DNA from: an uncultured delta proteobacterium
GTDB lineage: Bacteria; Desulfobacterota; RBG-13-43-22
Length of the DNA stretch: 64,000 nt
Assembly: GCA_963843145.1 (NCBI GenBank)
Contig: CAWJJC010000012.1
Coordinates: 96,001 to 160,000 of the forward strand
Direction of reading: 5' to 3'
The notes beneath the pieces were generated by a model. The model searched no databases. It was not told the DNA's origin and saw nothing but the letters and a program-made list of their open reading frames with translations. Position numbers and translations under genes: made by a program. This document shows positions 21,801-32,945 of the stretch, piece after piece (position 1 is the first letter of the stretch; each line of letters opens with the position of its first letter).

Positions 21801-22702
21801 TGAATTTTCCTTTCAGCACCCGATCTTTCCCGGAATAGTCGCGACGAATCAGGGCCGGATCAAAGCCGCTCCGCCGGGCTAATTCCAGCACCGGCGGCCC
21901 TTGCGTTTCACCGATCTCCAGGAGCACCCAGCCTCCGGGTTGGAGGATCTGGCGGGCTTGGCCCAGGAGTTCCCGGATGGCGGTCAGACCGTCCGGCCCG
22001 CCGTCCAGGGCGGAAAGCGGTTCGTAATTCTTTATCCCCGGGGACAATTGCCGGATTTCCTCCCGGGTTAAATAAGGGGGATTGGAGATCAGCAGACTGG
22101 ATTTTCTTTTTGTGGGTAGCGAACGGGGTCAACCAGTTCCCCTGGAGGAAAGAGACCGTCCGATGAACCTGGTGCAGCCGGGCATTGGCCTCCGCCGTCT
22201 TCAGGGCCGGCCAGGACCGGTCGCTGGCCGCCATGAATCCCGGTTCGACCGGAGCGCTCAGCAGGGTCTTGGCGAGGGAAATGATTATGGCCCCTGAACC
22301 TGTTCCCAGTTCGATCGTATTTTTCAGGGAAGGGTCGGCTTGGATCAGAGCCAAAGCCTCTTCCACCAGGAGTTCGGTTTCCGGCCGGGGAATAAGGACT
22401 GAGGGGTTGACCGCAAAAGAGAGAGACCAGAATTCCTTGCGTCCCAGGATATAGGCAACCGGTTCATTTTTTACCCGGCGAAGCAGGAGGGCTTTGAAGC
22501 CCGCCAATTCAGCCGGGTTCAGCGGCCGATCAAATTGCAAAAATAACCCCAGGCGATCCAGGCTGAGGACCGAGGCCAAGAGGATTTCCGCACTTAGACG
22601 GGGTTCTGAAACCCCTTTTTCCCTAAGGTATTCCCGAGACCAGTCGATGGTTTTAATTACGGTCCAGGGTTCATCCGTTTTTTTATTTGTTGTTTCGCCC
22701 AT
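21793..22702 (-). CDS. prmC: Release factor glutamine methyltransferase, with an apparent +1 frameshift near 22105
   Basis: VLIPRPETE and ELGTGSG in one frame; ISNPPY..YEP..ALDGG in the shifted frame. Confidence 0.9.
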
Positions 22703-23017
22703 TTAAAGCTGATATGGCCGCCGAGACCCGGCGGCCATGGAGATCCAATTTCAGATTAAACCCCCATGCCCGGGGCGGGCGCCCCGAATCATGAAATAAG
22801 GCTTCAGAAGACGGATTGTTAATAATCAATTGTCAATTATTAATTAAGAATTGAAAGTTGATTATTGATTATTGGCCAAGAGAAGCCCTCGATTTTATTT
22901 TCGTATTAGGGGTACCAGATAGTAGGACACCCACCCGGAAGGGCGAACAATCTCATGCTCGAAGTGGTTGGTCGCGTCCGGGGGAGCCAGGGGGTGAGGC
23001 AGCAACGATGATCCCCC

Positions 23018-24079
23018 TCAGGCTTTGAGGTGTTCCGACTGGTAATGGGTATTCAGGGCCTCAATGACTTCGGATAATTTCCCTTCCATGATTTCATCCA
23101 AATGATAGAGGGTCAGCCCGATGCGATGGTCGGTCAGCCGGTTTTGGGGGAAGTTGTAGGTCCTGATTCGTTCGCTGCGGTCTCCTGACCCGACCTGGCT
23201 TTTGCGGTTTTCGGCAATCTTATCCTGCTGTTCTTTGACTTTTAAGTCCTGGATCCGGGCCCTCAATATTTTTAGCGCTTTGGCCTTGTTTTTATGCTGG
23301 GATTTTTCATCCTGGCAGGAGACGACCAGACCGGTAGGCAGATGGGTGATCCGAATCGCGGAGTCGGTGGTGTTGACGCTCTGCCCGCCCGGCCCGGAGG
23401 AACGGAAGACATCCACCCGGATTTCTTCAGGATCGATGACCACATCCACTTCCTCGGCCTCCGGCAAGACGGCTACGGTAACGGCCGAGGTGTGCAACCG
23501 GCCCTGGGCTTCGGTGGAGGGCACCCGCTGTACCCGGTGGACCCCGCTTTCATATTTCAATTTGCTGTAGGCCCCCTGACCCTCGATCAAGACGATGATT
23601 TCTTTGAACCCGCCCATACCGGTGGGGTGGTCGCTCATGACTTCCACGCGCCAGTGCATGATCTCGGCGAATTTGGAATAGAGGCGAAACAGGTCGGCGG
23701 CAAAGAGGGCGGCCTCATCCCCCCCGGTCCCGGCCCGAATTTCCAGCAAGGTATTTTTTTCGTCGTTGGGGTCCTTGGGCAGCAAAAGGACCATGATCTC
23801 TTCTTCCACCTGGGTCGATTGCTCCCGAAGTTGTTGCATTTCGGTCCGGGCCAGGTCGCGCATCTCCGGGTCGGGGTCTTCCAGAAGGTCCGTGTTTTGC
23901 CGGATGGCTTCGCTCAGGGCCTTGAGTTGGCGGTATTTGCCGATGAGGGGGGACAGATCGGAATGTTCCTTGGCCAGTTTCTGATAAGCCGCCTGGTTGC
24001 GCAGGATTTCCCCATCCCCGAGGGATTCCTCGACCTTGGCAAAACGGTCCTCCACTTCCTCCAGTTTCTCGAACAGCAT
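23018..24079 (-). CDS. prfA: Peptide chain release factor 1
   Basis: GGQ motif, PST anticodon-like motif, EIRAGTGG. Confidence 0.97.
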   Translation of the reverse strand: MLFEKLEEVEDRFAKVEESLGDGEILRNQAAYQKLAKEHSDLSPLIGKYRQLKALSEAIRQNTDLLEDPDPEMRDLARTEMQQLREQSTQVEEEIMVLLLPKDPNDEKNTLLEIRAGTGGDEAALFAADLFRLYSKFAEIMHWRVEVMSDHPTGMGGFKEIIVLIEGQGAYSKLKYESGVHRVQRVPSTEAQGRLHTSAVTVAVLPEAEEVDVVIDPEEIRVDVFRSSGPGGQSVNTTDSAIRITHLPTGLVVSCQDEKSQHKNKAKALKILRARIQDLKVKEQQDKIAENRKSQVGSGDRSERIRTYNFPQNRLTDHRIGLTLYHLDEIMEGKLSEVIEALNTHYQSEHLKA

Positions 24080-24088
24080 AGGCGGTAG

Positions 24089-25027
24089 TTAAACAACCTG
24101 CGGGTTGACGGGTCGCCCTTCCAGGCTAAGTACTCGGGACAGGGCCTGCAGGGCAACTTCAATCTGGTCTTCGGTAGGTTCCTGGGTGGTAAGATGTTGA
24201 ATCCAGAGGCCGGGGAGAATGATCACCCGGACCCAGGGAAGATGAGCCTTTTTCCCTGAGTATTTAATGGCTTCATAGGCTAACCCCGTGATGGGAATCA
24301 TCAAGAGGATTTTGAAAAATATATAGAAACCATTTTTTGCCCAGACCGATAGACCGGCGAATTTGGGCAGAAACGGAAATAGAAACGAAAAAAGCAGGAT
24401 GCTGATAATCAACAAGAGCAGAATGAACGAAGTGCCGCAGCGGGGGTGCAGGGTGGAGTGACGCTTGGCGTTCTCGACGGTCAAGTCCTCCCCGGCTTCG
24501 TAGGTAAAGATCGATTTATGCTCCGCCCCATGATACTGGAAAATCCGACGGATCTCCTTGAACCGGGAGATAATCCAGATATAGGCAATGAAGATAAAGA
24601 CCTTAATGAGGCCGTCTATAATATGAAAGGTCAGGGACTCCACCCCGAAGCGGTAGGGCGAGATCGTCCCCAGGAAGGCGCTGATGGCATGGGGCAGGGC
24701 GACAAAAAGGCCCAGGCCGATCAAGATGGCCAAGCTCATGGTCAAAAACATGGTCCAGGAACTAAGGTCCTTTTTTTCTTCCTCCTCGGCCAAGGCTTGG
24801 TTGGCGGAATAATTAAGGGCCTGAATCCCCTGGACCAGGGTCTCGATGAGGGTCAAGGTGCCCCGCAGCACCGGCCACTTGAGAAAACTCCAGCGATCGG
24901 ACCAAGGATGGAGGAGATCTTCCTTAAAAGCAATCTCCCCGTTAGGCTTTCGTACCACCACGGCTAAGGATGTAGGGGCTTTCATCATTACCCCTTCAAT
25001 AACCGCCTGTCCGCCGACTTGAATCAT
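24089..25027 (-). CDS. DUF1385 membrane protein
   Basis: GGQAVIEGVMM, YHGAEHK and HPRCGTSF motifs. Confidence 0.92.
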   Translation of the reverse strand: MIQVGGQAVIEGVMMKAPTSLAVVVRKPNGEIAFKEDLLHPWSDRWSFLKWPVLRGTLTLIETLVQGIQALNYSANQALAEEEEKKDLSSWTMFLTMSLAILIGLGLFVALPHAISAFLGTISPYRFGVESLTFHIIDGLIKVFIFIAYIWIISRFKEIRRIFQYHGAEHKSIFTYEAGEDLTVENAKRHSTLHPRCGTSFILLLLIISILLFSFLFPFLPKFAGLSVWAKNGFYIFFKILLMIPITGLAYEAIKYSGKKAHLPWVRVIILPGLWIQHLTTQEPTEDQIEVALQALSRVLSLEGRPVNPQVV

Positions 25028-25045
25028 AGTAAGGGGGACTCCTGA

Positions 25046-25270
25046 TTAATTGGCTTCCGGTTGGGCCGCCTTGACCTTGGCGTACTTTTTCTGAAACCGC
25101 TCCACCCTTCCGGCGGTGTCCATCAGTTTCTGCTTACCGGTAAAAAAGGGATGGCATTGGGAACAGATCTCTACCCGGATTTCTTTTTGCGTCGAGCCGG
25201 TGGGAAGTTCCGCCCCGCAGGCGCAGCGGGCAGTGATTTGATGGTAGGGGGGGTGAATTTTTTCTTTCAT
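25046..25270 (-). CDS. rpmE: 50S ribosomal protein L31
   Basis: [26 protein letters not shown]. Confidence 0.97.
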   Translation of the reverse strand: MKEKIHPPYHQITARCACGAELPTGSTQKEIRVEICSQCHPFFTGKQKLMDTAGRVERFQKKYAKVKAAQPEAN

Positions 25271-25294
25271 GATCGCTTTTACCTCCTTAAACGG

Positions 25295-26545
25295 TTATTT
25301 ATTCATTAAGCTCAAAAATTCGGCGTTGTTCTTCGTGCCTTCCATTTTCTCCAGGAGAAACTCCATGCTGTCCACCGGGGTTAGAGGTGCCAGCAGTTTG
25401 CGCAGGATCCAGACGCGGTTGAGTTCATCCGGAGACAGGAGCAATTCTTCCTTGCGGGTCCCGGATCGATTGATATCAATGGCCGGAAAGATACGCTTAT
25501 CGCTCAGCTTCCGGTCTAAATGGATTTCCATGTTGCCGGTTCCCTTAAATTCCTCGAAAATCACTTCGTCCATTCGGCTACCGGTATCGACCAGGGCGGT
25601 GGCCATAATGGTCAGGCTCCCCCCCTCTTCAATATTTCGAGCCGCGCCAAAAAAACGTTTGGGCCGATGCAGGGCATTGGAATCCACCCCGCCGGAGAGA
25701 ATCTTGCCGCTGGGAGGAACCACGGTATTATAGGCCCGGGCCAAGCGGGTGATACTGTCCAGGAGAATGACTACATCCCGTTTGTGTTCAACGAGTCTTT
25801 TGGCTTTCTCTATAACCATCTCGGCCACTTGGATATGACGCTGGGCCGGTTCGTCAAAGGTTGAACTGATCACCTCGGCCTTGACCGAACGCTGCATATC
25901 GGTGACTTCTTCGGGCCGTTCATCGATCAACAATACTATTAATATAATGTCTTTATAATTTTTAGCAACGCTGTTGGCGATATTTTGCAGGAGCATGGTC
26001 TTTCCGCTGCGGGGCGGGGAGACAATCAGTCCCCGCTGACCCTTGCCGATGGGGGTCAAAAGATCCATAATCCGCACCGAATAATTTTTGGATTCGTCGG
26101 TCTCCAGGCCGATACGCTGATTGGGATAGAGGGGGGTCAGGTTGTCGAACAGAATTTTATCGCGGGCCAGTTCCGGGTCTTCGTAATTAATGGCCTCCAC
26201 TTTCAGGAGAGCGAAGTAGCGTTCGTTATCCTTGGGAGGGCGAATCTGACCGGCCGTGACGTCCCCGGTTCTCAGGTTAAAACGTCGGATTTGGGAGGGA
26301 GACACATATATGTCATCCGGTCCGGGGAGATAATTATAATCGGGCGCCCGAAGGAAGCCAAACCCGTCCGGGAGAATTTCCAAAACCCCCTCGCCATAGA
26401 TGAGGCCGTTTTTTTCCGTCTGGGCTTGCAGAATGGCAAAAATGAGTTCTTGTTTTCTCATCCCGCTGGCCCCCTCGACGTTCAGTTCTCGGGCCATGGA
26501 CGTAAGTTCGCTAATTTTTATTTCTTTCAGTTCGGCTAGGTTCAT
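25295..26545 (-). CDS. rho: Transcription termination factor Rho
   Basis: [34 protein letters not shown]. Confidence 0.98.
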   Translation of the reverse strand: MNLAELKEIKISELTSMARELNVEGASGMRKQELIFAILQAQTEKNGLIYGEGVLEILPDGFGFLRAPDYNYLPGPDDIYVSPSQIRRFNLRTGDVTAGQIRPPKDNERYFALLKVEAINYEDPELARDKILFDNLTPLYPNQRIGLETDESKNYSVRIMDLLTPIGKGQRGLIVSPPRSGKTMLLQNIANSVAKNYKDIILIVLLIDERPEEVTDMQRSVKAEVISSTFDEPAQRHIQVAEMVIEKAKRLVEHKRDVVILLDSITRLARAYNTVVPPSGKILSGGVDSNALHRPKRFFGAARNIEEGGSLTIMATALVDTGSRMDEVIFEEFKGTGNMEIHLDRKLSDKRIFPAIDINRSGTRKEELLLSPDELNRVWILRKLLAPLTPVDSMEFLLEKMEGTKNNAEFLSLMNK

Positions 26546-26824
26546 TGCTTCCTCGGTTTTTTAGTTGATAAAGGTACTCAGGCGTGACCTTAATTCAGTT
26601 AGACCTATCTGGAGAACAGGGTAATTCCCATCCCGAAAGAGGAAGTTGCTTCAGTGAGTTCCTTGAGGGTTGGGTTTAATTCCAAAAAGATTGGATTGTG
26701 TAATGGGATTTGCCGGATTTTTTTGGGTTACTCGGTCTTTTCAGGATGGTGCGGATAATTTAAGGATTCTTTTCTCCTTCCCGCTGTATTTAGGATACAT
26801 AGATAGAACATAAAAAAAGAATTG

Positions 26825-27775
26825 TCAAGATTTTTTTAGCAGGTCAAGTAGTTGGCTCATATCGGCCGGCCAGGGGGAGGTAAATTCCAACTGGATTTGG
26901 GTCCGGGGATGGGAAAAAGCCAATCGGCCGGCATGCAACATTTGGCGGGAAAGTGAACCCAGGCTGATGGACAGAGCGGGATCCAACCCTTTGAACCCTC
27001 TTTTTTTTAACCCATAAAGGGGATCACCCAGGATTGGCAGGCCTAACGCGGCTAAATGGACCCGAATCTGATGGGTTCGTCCGGTTTTTATTCGTAAGCG
27101 CAGTCTATTAATCCCCGGGTGGTATCTTTCCAGGACCAGCCATTCGGTCAGGGCCGGTTTCCCCCGGACCTCATTAACGGCCATTTTTTTTCGATCGATG
27201 GGGTGCCGTCCGATCGGGGAAGTAATGGTTCCCTGGCGTTGAGGGGGAGTTCCCCAGGTTAGGGCTTGATATTCTTTGAAAATTAGGCCCGATTGAAATT
27301 GTTTGGTCAGCGCCTGGTGGCAGGAGTCATTCTTAGCCACAATCAACAAGCCCGAGGTATCCTTATCTAATCGGTGGACGATCCCGGGGCGAAAGGTCCC
27401 CCCCGCCGTTGATAGATTTTGCCCGAGATGCAGCAGGGCATGGACCAGGGTCCCTGAATAATTACCCGGAGCCGGATGAACCACCAACCCGGCCGGTTTA
27501 TCGATCACCAGGAGGTCCGAATCCTCGAAAACAATCGAAAGGGGGATCGGTTCGGGTTGTAAAAGAATAGGGTCCGATTCCTTCGGGGTTAACACCACTT
27601 GATCTCCGGTTTTTAAACGGTAGCCCGCTTTGGCCGGCTGGCTGTTTACGGTAACCCCGCCCTCCTCGCCCCATTTTTGAATTTGGCTGCGAGAAAAATC
27701 AAGCCCCTGGCCGGCTAAAAAGAGGTCTAATCGTTTTCCAACGTCCAGCCCTTGTATAATGAATTCATAGACCAT
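26825..27775 (-). CDS. rluD: RluA-family pseudouridine synthase (RluD-like)
   Basis: S4 domain, HRLDKDTSG, TGRTHQIRVH. Confidence 0.9.
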   Translation of the reverse strand: MVYEFIIQGLDVGKRLDLFLAGQGLDFSRSQIQKWGEEGGVTVNSQPAKAGYRLKTGDQVVLTPKESDPILLQPEPIPLSIVFEDSDLLVIDKPAGLVVHPAPGNYSGTLVHALLHLGQNLSTAGGTFRPGIVHRLDKDTSGLLIVAKNDSCHQALTKQFQSGLIFKEYQALTWGTPPQRQGTITSPIGRHPIDRKKMAVNEVRGKPALTEWLVLERYHPGINRLRLRIKTGRTHQIRVHLAALGLPILGDPLYGLKKRGFKGLDPALSISLGSLSRQMLHAGRLAFSHPRTQIQLEFTSPWPADMSQLLDLLKKS

Positions 27776-27777
27776 GG

Positions 27778-28779
27778 TTAGCTTTTGACTTCGGTGAAAA
27801 TCATACGGCCGGTTCCGGTTTGCAAAACGCTGGTGACCATGACGTCTTTATTTTGGCCGATGTATTTTCTGGCATTCTCCACCACCACCATGGTCCCGTC
27901 ATCCAGGTAAGCGATTCCCTGCCCGGGGGTCTTACCTTCGCGGATGATTTGAACGGCGAGGATTTCCCCGGGCAGGACCACCGGCTTAAGGGCATTCGCT
28001 AGACTGTTTAGGTTGATAACCCGGACTCCCTGCAATTCGGCCACCTTATTCAAGTTGAAGTCATTGGTAACGATGGTGCCGTTTAATTCCAGGGCCAAGT
28101 CTACCAGCTTGGCATCCACGTTGTCCTTGGGGGGGTTGCGGTCGACAATGTGAACATTCAGGGCAGGCTGGTTTTGGATTTTTTCGATGATTCCCAGGCC
28201 TCGTCGGCCTCGGGTTTTCTTCAGGGGGTCCGCTGAATCGGCGATATGGTGTAGTTCCTGGAGCACAAATTGGGGAATGATCAAAGTTCCTTGGACGAAT
28301 CCGGTTTCACAAATATCGGCAATCCGCCCGTCAATGATGACACTGGTGTCGAGCAGATAACGGTTCAGGTTTCCCGAAGAAGAAAAAGGAAGGCTGCGGG
28401 AATTGAAAAAATGGGCCCATTCATCGGTTTTCCCCCCTCCCAACCTCAATCCCAGATACCCTAGGAGTACACTGAGCAAAAAAAATACCGCGGGAGTAAA
28501 AGCCGGATCGGGGAAGAAAATAACCAAAACTTCCAAGGACAATCGGGCCAAGATCAAGGCGAGTATTAGCCCCAGGCAACTTCCGAACAGCCGGCGCAAG
28601 GGGATTCTTCTCAATATTCTATCCAGGGCCAGCATCCCACCGGCCAGCAACAGCCCCAGGAAAACTCCCCCGAGAGCAGCCCAGGGTAGAGCGGTCCGGA
28701 CCCCGATTTGATGGCCAATCCAATAGCCCGCGAATAGACAGGCTAAGGTCAATAGAGTTGTTGAGAGGTAATAAGGCAT
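27778..28779 (-). CDS. PIN/TRAM domain membrane protein (YacL-like)
   Basis: LDTSVIIDGRI, TNDFNL, YLDDGTMVVV. Confidence 0.92.
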   Translation of the reverse strand: MPYYLSTTLLTLACLFAGYWIGHQIGVRTALPWAALGGVFLGLLLAGGMLALDRILRRIPLRRLFGSCLGLILALILARLSLEVLVIFFPDPAFTPAVFFLLSVLLGYLGLRLGGGKTDEWAHFFNSRSLPFSSSGNLNRYLLDTSVIIDGRIADICETGFVQGTLIIPQFVLQELHHIADSADPLKKTRGRRGLGIIEKIQNQPALNVHIVDRNPPKDNVDAKLVDLALELNGTIVTNDFNLNKVAELQGVRVINLNSLANALKPVVLPGEILAVQIIREGKTPGQGIAYLDDGTMVVVENARKYIGQNKDVMVTSVLQTGTGRMIFTEVKS

Positions 28780-28983
28780 TCGCTCACCCCCTTTCCTTGA
28801 AAAGCAGTACTCCGACCGAAGTAAGAATGAACCGATAATTTGGAATTAGCCTTTTGAAGGCCGTGAAAAGAGGAAAAGGGAGCCTGAATCCCCAAGGTGA
28901 AGCTCCTGATTATGATTTAGGAGGGGGAAGGGGTGAAAAATTACAAGTTTAGGATAAAAGGATTTCGCCGTCCAATTGAAAGG

Positions 28984-29469
28984 CTAATGCATGAAAATCC
29001 GCTGAATATCTTTCTCTACTTTTTCTTCGTTGACTTTTTTGGCAATGGATATTTCCTTGACCAGCAGGTTCTTAGCCGTATCCAACATCTTACGCTCGCC
29101 GAAGGAGAGTTCTTTGTCCACCCGAAGCAGAAAGAGGTCCCGCAACACTTCAGCAACTTCGTACACCGAGCCGGTTTTTATTTTTTCCATGTATTCACGG
29201 TAACGGCGATTCCAGGTCTGATTGTCAAATTCAATGTTTTTAGCCTTTAAGATTTTGAAAATTTTGGGGACTTCTTCCTCCCGAACAATTTCCCGCAAGC
29301 CCACATGTTCGGCATTCTGGGTGGGGATCATGATGACCATGTTATTTTCCAGAATACGCATGATATAGAAATGTTGATTCTGTCCGTAAAGCTCCTTGGC
29401 CTCGATGGACTCGATTCGTCCAACGCCATGGGCCGGGTAAACCGCCAAATCACCTACCCTGAAGATCAT
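28984..29469 (-). CDS. carD: CarD family transcription factor
   Basis: FRVGDLAVYPAHGVG, WNRRYR, LSFGER. Confidence 0.95.
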   Translation of the reverse strand: MIFRVGDLAVYPAHGVGRIESIEAKELYGQNQHFYIMRILENNMVIMIPTQNAEHVGLREIVREEEVPKIFKILKAKNIEFDNQTWNRRYREYMEKIKTGSVYEVAEVLRDLFLLRVDKELSFGERKMLDTAKNLLVKEISIAKKVNEEKVEKDIQRIFMH

Positions 29470-29586
29470 GAACCGCCCTCCTTCTAGATTAGTGGACAGT
29501 TGAATTATAACATAGTTGGGCGTCAAAACCAAAATAAAAAAATAGTGAGTTAATCCAATTTGTTAAAGAGGGCAACGGGAAACCGT

Positions 29587-30924
29587 TCAAACCCGGGAAA
29601 GAAAAGTCAGGCTTTCCAAATGATAAGTCTGAGGGAAAAAGTCCAGGGGTATCGTCCATTGAAGTCGCCATCCTTTTTGGATCAAAAGGGCTAAATCCCG
29701 AAAAAGGGTCATGGGTTCACAGGATAGGTAGTATAGATCGTGGAGGGCCAGAAGATCCACTTGCTGAAGGATTTCCCGAGCTCCGGTTCGGGGGGGGTCC
29801 ATAAAGACCACGTTGAATCGCGATTTCTCTCGAAGCAGTTGATTGAGGGCGGAGTGAGCGGAGGCCTGATGAAAAATACAGTTACTTATTTTATTAAGAC
29901 GTTGATTATACTTGGCATTCTCAACGGCCGGGGCCAGGGACTCCACCCCGATCACTCGCCCGGTCTTAATGGCCAGGGGGATGGAAAAATTTCCCTGGCC
30001 GCAAAAAAGATCCAAACAGGCGACCTGAGGGCCCCAACAGGGTTGGTTTAATAGAAAGGCGATCAATCGCAGGTTCTGGGCCAGGTTGACTTGGGAAAAG
30101 ACTTGAGGGAAGAAGGTCAATTCCACCTTGCGATCCAGAAGAGTGGTTTCGACCGGAAGCAACACCCGTTGCCCATGCCGATCGGGAGAAAAGGGATCGA
30201 GGCCGAACAGCTTACCTTCCTGGACCGTTCCAAAAAAGACGGCCTGAATACCAGGAATATCCAGAAGCATTTCGGTAACCTGCCGGATAGTCCCAGTCGA
30301 AGGACGGCGGGGTACCCGAAAGAGAACCAGACCTTTTTCCCCTTCTCCGAGGCATTGGATTTCCAGTTCCGCCGGTTCGCCCAGAAAAGGAATATCCCGA
30401 ATCACCCGGGAAAGGCTGACCAGGATGCGGTTGACCGCGGCATTGGCCAGGAAACACCTCTCCACCGCCACCAATTGGTGGCTTCGGGCCTGAAAAAAGC
30501 CCAGACCCGATTGTCGGCCGCGGACCTGGATTTTCAACCGCAGGCGATGGCGATAATAGAGAGGCTCGGGAGAATCCCAGAGGGGTTGAATTGGCGGATC
30601 CTCCATTTGGAGCGCGTGCCGGAAGGCCTCTCTGAACCCGGTTTCCTTAATCCGTGACTGGACCGACGAGGAGGCATGCTGAAGATGGCAACCGCCACAA
30701 ATCCCAAAGACGGGGCAGGGGGGCGTAACCCGATCCGGCGAAGCTTCCAACACCTTGATCAGCCTTCCCCGCGAATAGGTCTTCCGGTCCTCCTTGATTT
30801 CAACTTCCACGGATTCACCCGGCAAGGTAAAGGGAACAAAAACAATTTTTCCCTCCAGCCTCCCCAGTCCCTCTCCCTGCATGGAAATGGCGGTTATACG
30901 AATAACGGCCATTTCATAGTCCAA
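29587..30924 (-). CDS. rlmD: 23S rRNA m5U methyltransferase RlmD/TrmA family
   Basis: TRAM domain, C..CGGC cluster, DPPRTG, SC, DFFPQT.HLE. Confidence 0.85.
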   Translation of the reverse strand: MDYEMAVIRITAISMQGEGLGRLEGKIVFVPFTLPGESVEVEIKEDRKTYSRGRLIKVLEASPDRVTPPCPVFGICGGCHLQHASSSVQSRIKETGFREAFRHALQMEDPPIQPLWDSPEPLYYRHRLRLKIQVRGRQSGLGFFQARSHQLVAVERCFLANAAVNRILVSLSRVIRDIPFLGEPAELEIQCLGEGEKGLVLFRVPRRPSTGTIRQVTEMLLDIPGIQAVFFGTVQEGKLFGLDPFSPDRHGQRVLLPVETTLLDRKVELTFFPQVFSQVNLAQNLRLIAFLLNQPCWGPQVACLDLFCGQGNFSIPLAIKTGRVIGVESLAPAVENAKYNQRLNKISNCIFHQASAHSALNQLLREKSRFNVVFMDPPRTGAREILQQVDLLALHDLYYLSCEPMTLFRDLALLIQKGWRLQWTIPLDFFPQTYHLESLTFLSRV

Positions 30925-31156
30925 TCATCCAGACCCAGACCGGGATGGTAAACATGGAAATCAAGGTGCTCAGCATGATGATGGAAGCGGATACACCTTT
31001 ATCTGCACCCAACTCCGAAGCCATGATGTAGGTGACGACGGCCGTTGGACAGGCCAGCAGGACGACGGTGAGGCGAAAGTCTAACCCGGTGACTAGTCCA
31101 TAGCGAAGCAGGAGAACCCCGAACCCGGGGAGGATGATAAGTTCCAATAACGCCAT
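30914..31156 (-). pseudogene. C-terminal fragment of an AEC (auxin efflux carrier) family transporter
   Basis: ACPTAVVTYIMA..GAD..SASIIMLSTLIS..TIP motif only, 80 aa. Confidence 0.6.
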
Positions 31157-31326
31157 AGGCCGGAGATTCCAAAAAAATTTGCCTATTATAACGTCTGGGG
31201 TTTGGTAGATCCAGGGTTAAATCCGAGAAGATAATATTTGGTTGACCGCTTTCCTCAAAATATGGTATTTAAGCCAGAATTCAAAATCCTCTCTAAATTG
31301 ATACCCTGAATCTATAATTCAGAAAA

Positions 31327-32274
31327 ATGACTTCCACATTAATAGGTCACCCGGATCGGATAGAGCCTTTCCAAAATTTTCTTCGGGTTATTGCCCAAGA
31401 CAAAGAGACCGTGCTCATTTCCGGACCGCTAGGCTCCGGAAAAAAGAGAACGAGCCAGTTCTTGATTGAAAATGGAGCCAAGGCCCAGGATCCCGTTTTT
31501 TTTATTGAGGGACTTCAATTTTCAGAAGAGGTTTGGAACCGGGCGCTAACCGCATTGGGGGAAAGCGGAACATTGGTTCTGGAAGGACTGCAACGCCTCC
31601 CCTTAGCCGTGCAGTCCCGGTTGAAGGATTGGCTAATCGGTAATGGACCTTTGTGGGCGGAGAATCAAACTCGGCCCCGGGGATGGAGGGTAATCGGAAC
31701 CACCAGCGAGGCCCAAAATGCATTCGCTGAATTACTGTTCCAGTTCCCCTTGCATATTCAACTGCCTTCCTTGAACGAAGTCCTGGAAGATATCCCGTAC
31801 CACCTGAAATTTTTTCTTAGAGAAAAGCCCATCCGCTATATTCGCTACTTTTTTCTCTTAAAAACCACTTGTCATCAATGGGCCGGAAACCTTCGGGAGT
31901 TGGAACATTACTTGGAACAGGCCATGGTCTATTACCATTCCATGGCCTTGGTAGCCGGGTTCAAAGGCGGAGAAGAAGTTTTTGGTGAAAAGCGCCTGCG
32001 CTATTATCAGGATGTCTTAAAGGGAGAGTGGTGGTATTACCCCTATCGGTTTCAGTCTGGTTTTACCGAATCCTTGCCACATATTTTGAACCAGACCGAT
32101 TTCAGGCAGCAATTGATCGACCAAAATCTAGTGACCCCCTTGCTCGGGGAGGAATCCGGATTTTTGGTGTTGGATTTGAAAGATCCGGAATTTGAGCTCA
32201 AGGCGATCCGAATTTATAATTTATTCCAGGAGTTTATGGAAACCGCTCAATCAATCAGACAAGGTAGAAAATGA
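31327..32274 (+). CDS. Degenerate sigma-54 activator-like AAA+ protein
   Basis: VLISGPLGSGK, GTLVLEG..LPLAVQSRL, LPSL..EDIP, WAGNLREL; no GAFTGA. Confidence 0.65.
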   Translation: MTSTLIGHPDRIEPFQNFLRVIAQDKETVLISGPLGSGKKRTSQFLIENGAKAQDPVFFIEGLQFSEEVWNRALTALGESGTLVLEGLQRLPLAVQSRLKDWLIGNGPLWAENQTRPRGWRVIGTTSEAQNAFAELLFQFPLHIQLPSLNEVLEDIPYHLKFFLREKPIRYIRYFFLLKTTCHQWAGNLRELEHYLEQAMVYYHSMALVAGFKGGEEVFGEKRLRYYQDVLKGEWWYYPYRFQSGFTESLPHILNQTDFRQQLIDQNLVTPLLGEESGFLVLDLKDPEFELKAIRIYNLFQEFMETAQSIRQGRK

Positions 32275-32936
32275 TGGCGAAAAACGGCAACGGCAACGGC
32301 AACGGCAAGGGCAGATCTATGGAGGGAATTTATTCCTTTTATTCCCCTTTCTACGATTTAATCTTTGGAAAGTCCCTGGAAGCCGGGCGCAGGCTGGCTT
32401 TCAAGTATCTCGACCCTTCCGGCCCCAAAAAAGTATTGGAAGTGGGGATCGGGACCGGTCTGACCTTGCGGCATTACCCCAAATCCTGCCATATCGTCGG
32501 GATTGACATTTCCGCCAAAATGATTGAGCGGGCCCGAGAGCGGGTCGCGCTTCTGGGCAATGGCCATACTATTGACCTGGAGGTCATGGATGCCTGTAAT
32601 ATGACCTTCGAGGACAACTCCTTTGACGCGGTTCTCTCCCCTTTCGTCATCACCACGGTCAAGGATCCTCAACAATTCTGCCGGGAAATCCTCCGGGTGT
32701 GTAAACCCGGCGGGCAAATCATTATCGTCAATCATTCCAAAGATCCAGACCGCTTATTCGGAAAATTGGAGGCCTGGGCCTCCCCGTTTTTTTCCCGGGT
32801 CGGCTTTGTGACCGACTTGGATGTGGTCAGCCTGGTCCGTTCCACCGAGATCGAAATCCAGCAGATCATTAAGTGCAACCTCTTCAATTTACATAAAATC
32901 ATATTGGGGCACAAACCAAAAACCAGCCCCGTTTGA
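32271..32936 (+). CDS. Class I SAM methyltransferase (phosphatidylethanolamine N-methyltransferase PmtA-like)
   Basis: YDLIFG, VLEVGIGTG, GIDIS, RVCKPGG..VNH. Confidence 0.8.
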   Translation: MMAKNGNGNGNGKGRSMEGIYSFYSPFYDLIFGKSLEAGRRLAFKYLDPSGPKKVLEVGIGTGLTLRHYPKSCHIVGIDISAKMIERARERVALLGNGHTIDLEVMDACNMTFEDNSFDAVLSPFVITTVKDPQQFCREILRVCKPGGQIIIVNHSKDPDRLFGKLEAWASPFFSRVGFVTDLDVVSLVRSTEIEIQQIIKCNLFNLHKIILGHKPKTSPV

Positions 32937-32945
32937 TTTTATTCT

